A stretch of DNA of 64,000 bases from Octopus bimaculoides. Taxonomy: Eukaryota. Below the pieces are notes generated by a model. That model worked only from the letters and a program-made list of their open reading frames with translations, was not told where the DNA came from and did not search any database. Made by a program: the position numbers and the translations under genes. The stretch spans positions 15,000,369 through 15,064,368 of the forward strand of contig NC_068988.1 in NCBI RefSeq assembly GCF_001194135.2, read 5' to 3'. How positions within the stretch are numbered: the stretch's first letter is position 1; every line of letters begins with the position of its first letter. Below, in pieces: positions 62,386 to 64,000 of the stretch.

Positions 62386-64000
62386 TTACACAGGAAATGG
62401 TTAGCAACAACAAGAGCATCCAGCTATAAAATAGGGCTGCAACAATATATTTGTCTAACCCATGATGGCATGGAAAAATGAGAAAGGAGAGAAGAAATAA
62501 CAAAGCATGTGAATGAGAATAATAAAAGAAAGCAAGGGAACAAGAAGTGAATTTCCTTCGACTAGATTTACTCAACAGACTACAAAAATACTGAGGCACA
62601 ACTTCAAGGCCTTAGTTAATCATATTGATCCCAGTATATTTCAATCTGGCACTTACTCTATTGATCTGTATTCATCAAACCCCTAAATTAGAGGGTACAA
62701 CAAAGCTGGTTTTAAACAGTGCAAATGCATACACACACACACAACAACAACAACAACTGTTTCTGTCTATCAAACTTCATTCACAAGCAACTGGTTAACG
62801 TGAGTTTATAGTAGAAGATAGACTTGCACAAAGTGTGCATGCAGTGTGACTGAACCTGGAAATTATGTGATGGTGAAGCAAACTTCTTAACATTACAGCC
62901 ATGTCTAGCCTCCAGTTCAAATACGTAAATGGTAAGTTAAACAGACCAAGTTCTCAATCAGAGAAACTGCTTGACTTTGAGCTGCAGAAACACAAGAAAA
63001 CAGAGCAAGGCTTCAAGCAGTAAGACTAAGAATTACTTAAAAGAAGATGGCAGTAAACCTTACCATTTTTGAGAGAGAGAGAGAATAATAGACAGTGTGT
63101 GAAATAATAAGGTGAAGAAGCAATGAATCTAATAGGATGCTTTGTAAAGGAGACTGAATAAGGGAGGTGGGGAGTGAGACAGGCAGCAAGATAGATATGC
63201 ATTGACTCCAAGTGATACAATCTTACCATTCTGACTGAAAAACAGATAATTTCCAGTTATTCTGCCACTTGCAATGATGACAAACGAATCGCAAGGCCAC
63301 ACTTTTAGTAAAGTAGGATTGTTCCTGCTGCAACCTGTGTTCAGACATGGCCAACTGCATCTAGCTCAGAGTAGAACAAGGACCAGGAAGGCTAACTTGA
63401 AATTACAGACTGAAGATTACAGAGGTCAAGAAAAAAAGAGAAAGAAAAAAGGGAATCAAATATCTTTACAAAAAATGTTGTAATTGAGAAATTCCTTACA
63501 TTAACCCTTTAGAATTCACATTGTTGTATCAAAAGTAAGGCTTATCTATTCACAGTGTTTTGAATTAATCATGCATTATTTTGTAGTTTTGAGATCTGTA
63601 CTTCTAATGTGGTTTTGTATTACACACGTACCATTTACATATTTGTTATATTCCAATTAATCAATAAAGATAGTTTTTCTGTGGGTTTCAAAAAATACTC
63701 CAATTGTTTCGGGGTACCTCAAAAAATTCTTTTCAGCAAATACTAGTTTTTCTTTGGTGTGAATATTATGAAAAATAATTTCTTCTTTTATTCGTTTCAG
63801 TAATTTGACAATGGCCATGCTGGAGCACCGCTTTTAGTCAAACAAATCGACCCCAGAACTTATTCTTTGTAAGCCTAGTACTTATTCTATTGGTCTCTTT
63901 TGCCAAACCACTAAGTTAAGGGATGTAAGCACACCAACATCGGTTATCAAGCAACGGGAGGATAAACATACACACAAATATATATATATATATATATATA

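Overview
AT-rich, intron-rich animal genomic DNA with 6 assembly gaps. The tRNA-derived SINE set, (GAT)n-tailed RTE LINEs and (TA)n/(CA)n load suggest a coleoid cephalopod, probably Octopus (inference). I reconstructed four spliced genes by hand with GT-AG boundaries and consistent phases. EIF2B2 (- strand): 11 coding exons, 283 codons, 3' end off the left edge. SETD9 (+): 6 exons, 295 aa, head-to-head with EIF2B2. TXNDC12/ERp18 (-): 7 exons, 159 aa, tail-to-tail with SETD9. RCHY1/Pirh2 (-): 7 exons, first exon not found in the window. Introns are filled with SINEs, RTE/Rex3-like/Hero-like LINE remnants, mariner, hAT and piggyBac-like MITEs. Best candidate novel system: a ~250-280 bp element joining a Pol III tRNA-like head to a Penelope-type minimal (dimer-acting) type I hammerhead ribozyme motif. 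It occurs four times, once as an inverted pair and once with an intact core in sense orientation in a SETD9 intron. Also notable are an inverted copy of an EIF2B2 exon end plus its donor site in an upstream intron, and several long hairpins next to splice sites (candidate A-to-I editing or small-RNA structures). All alignments and folds were done by eye; nothing was searched or computed.
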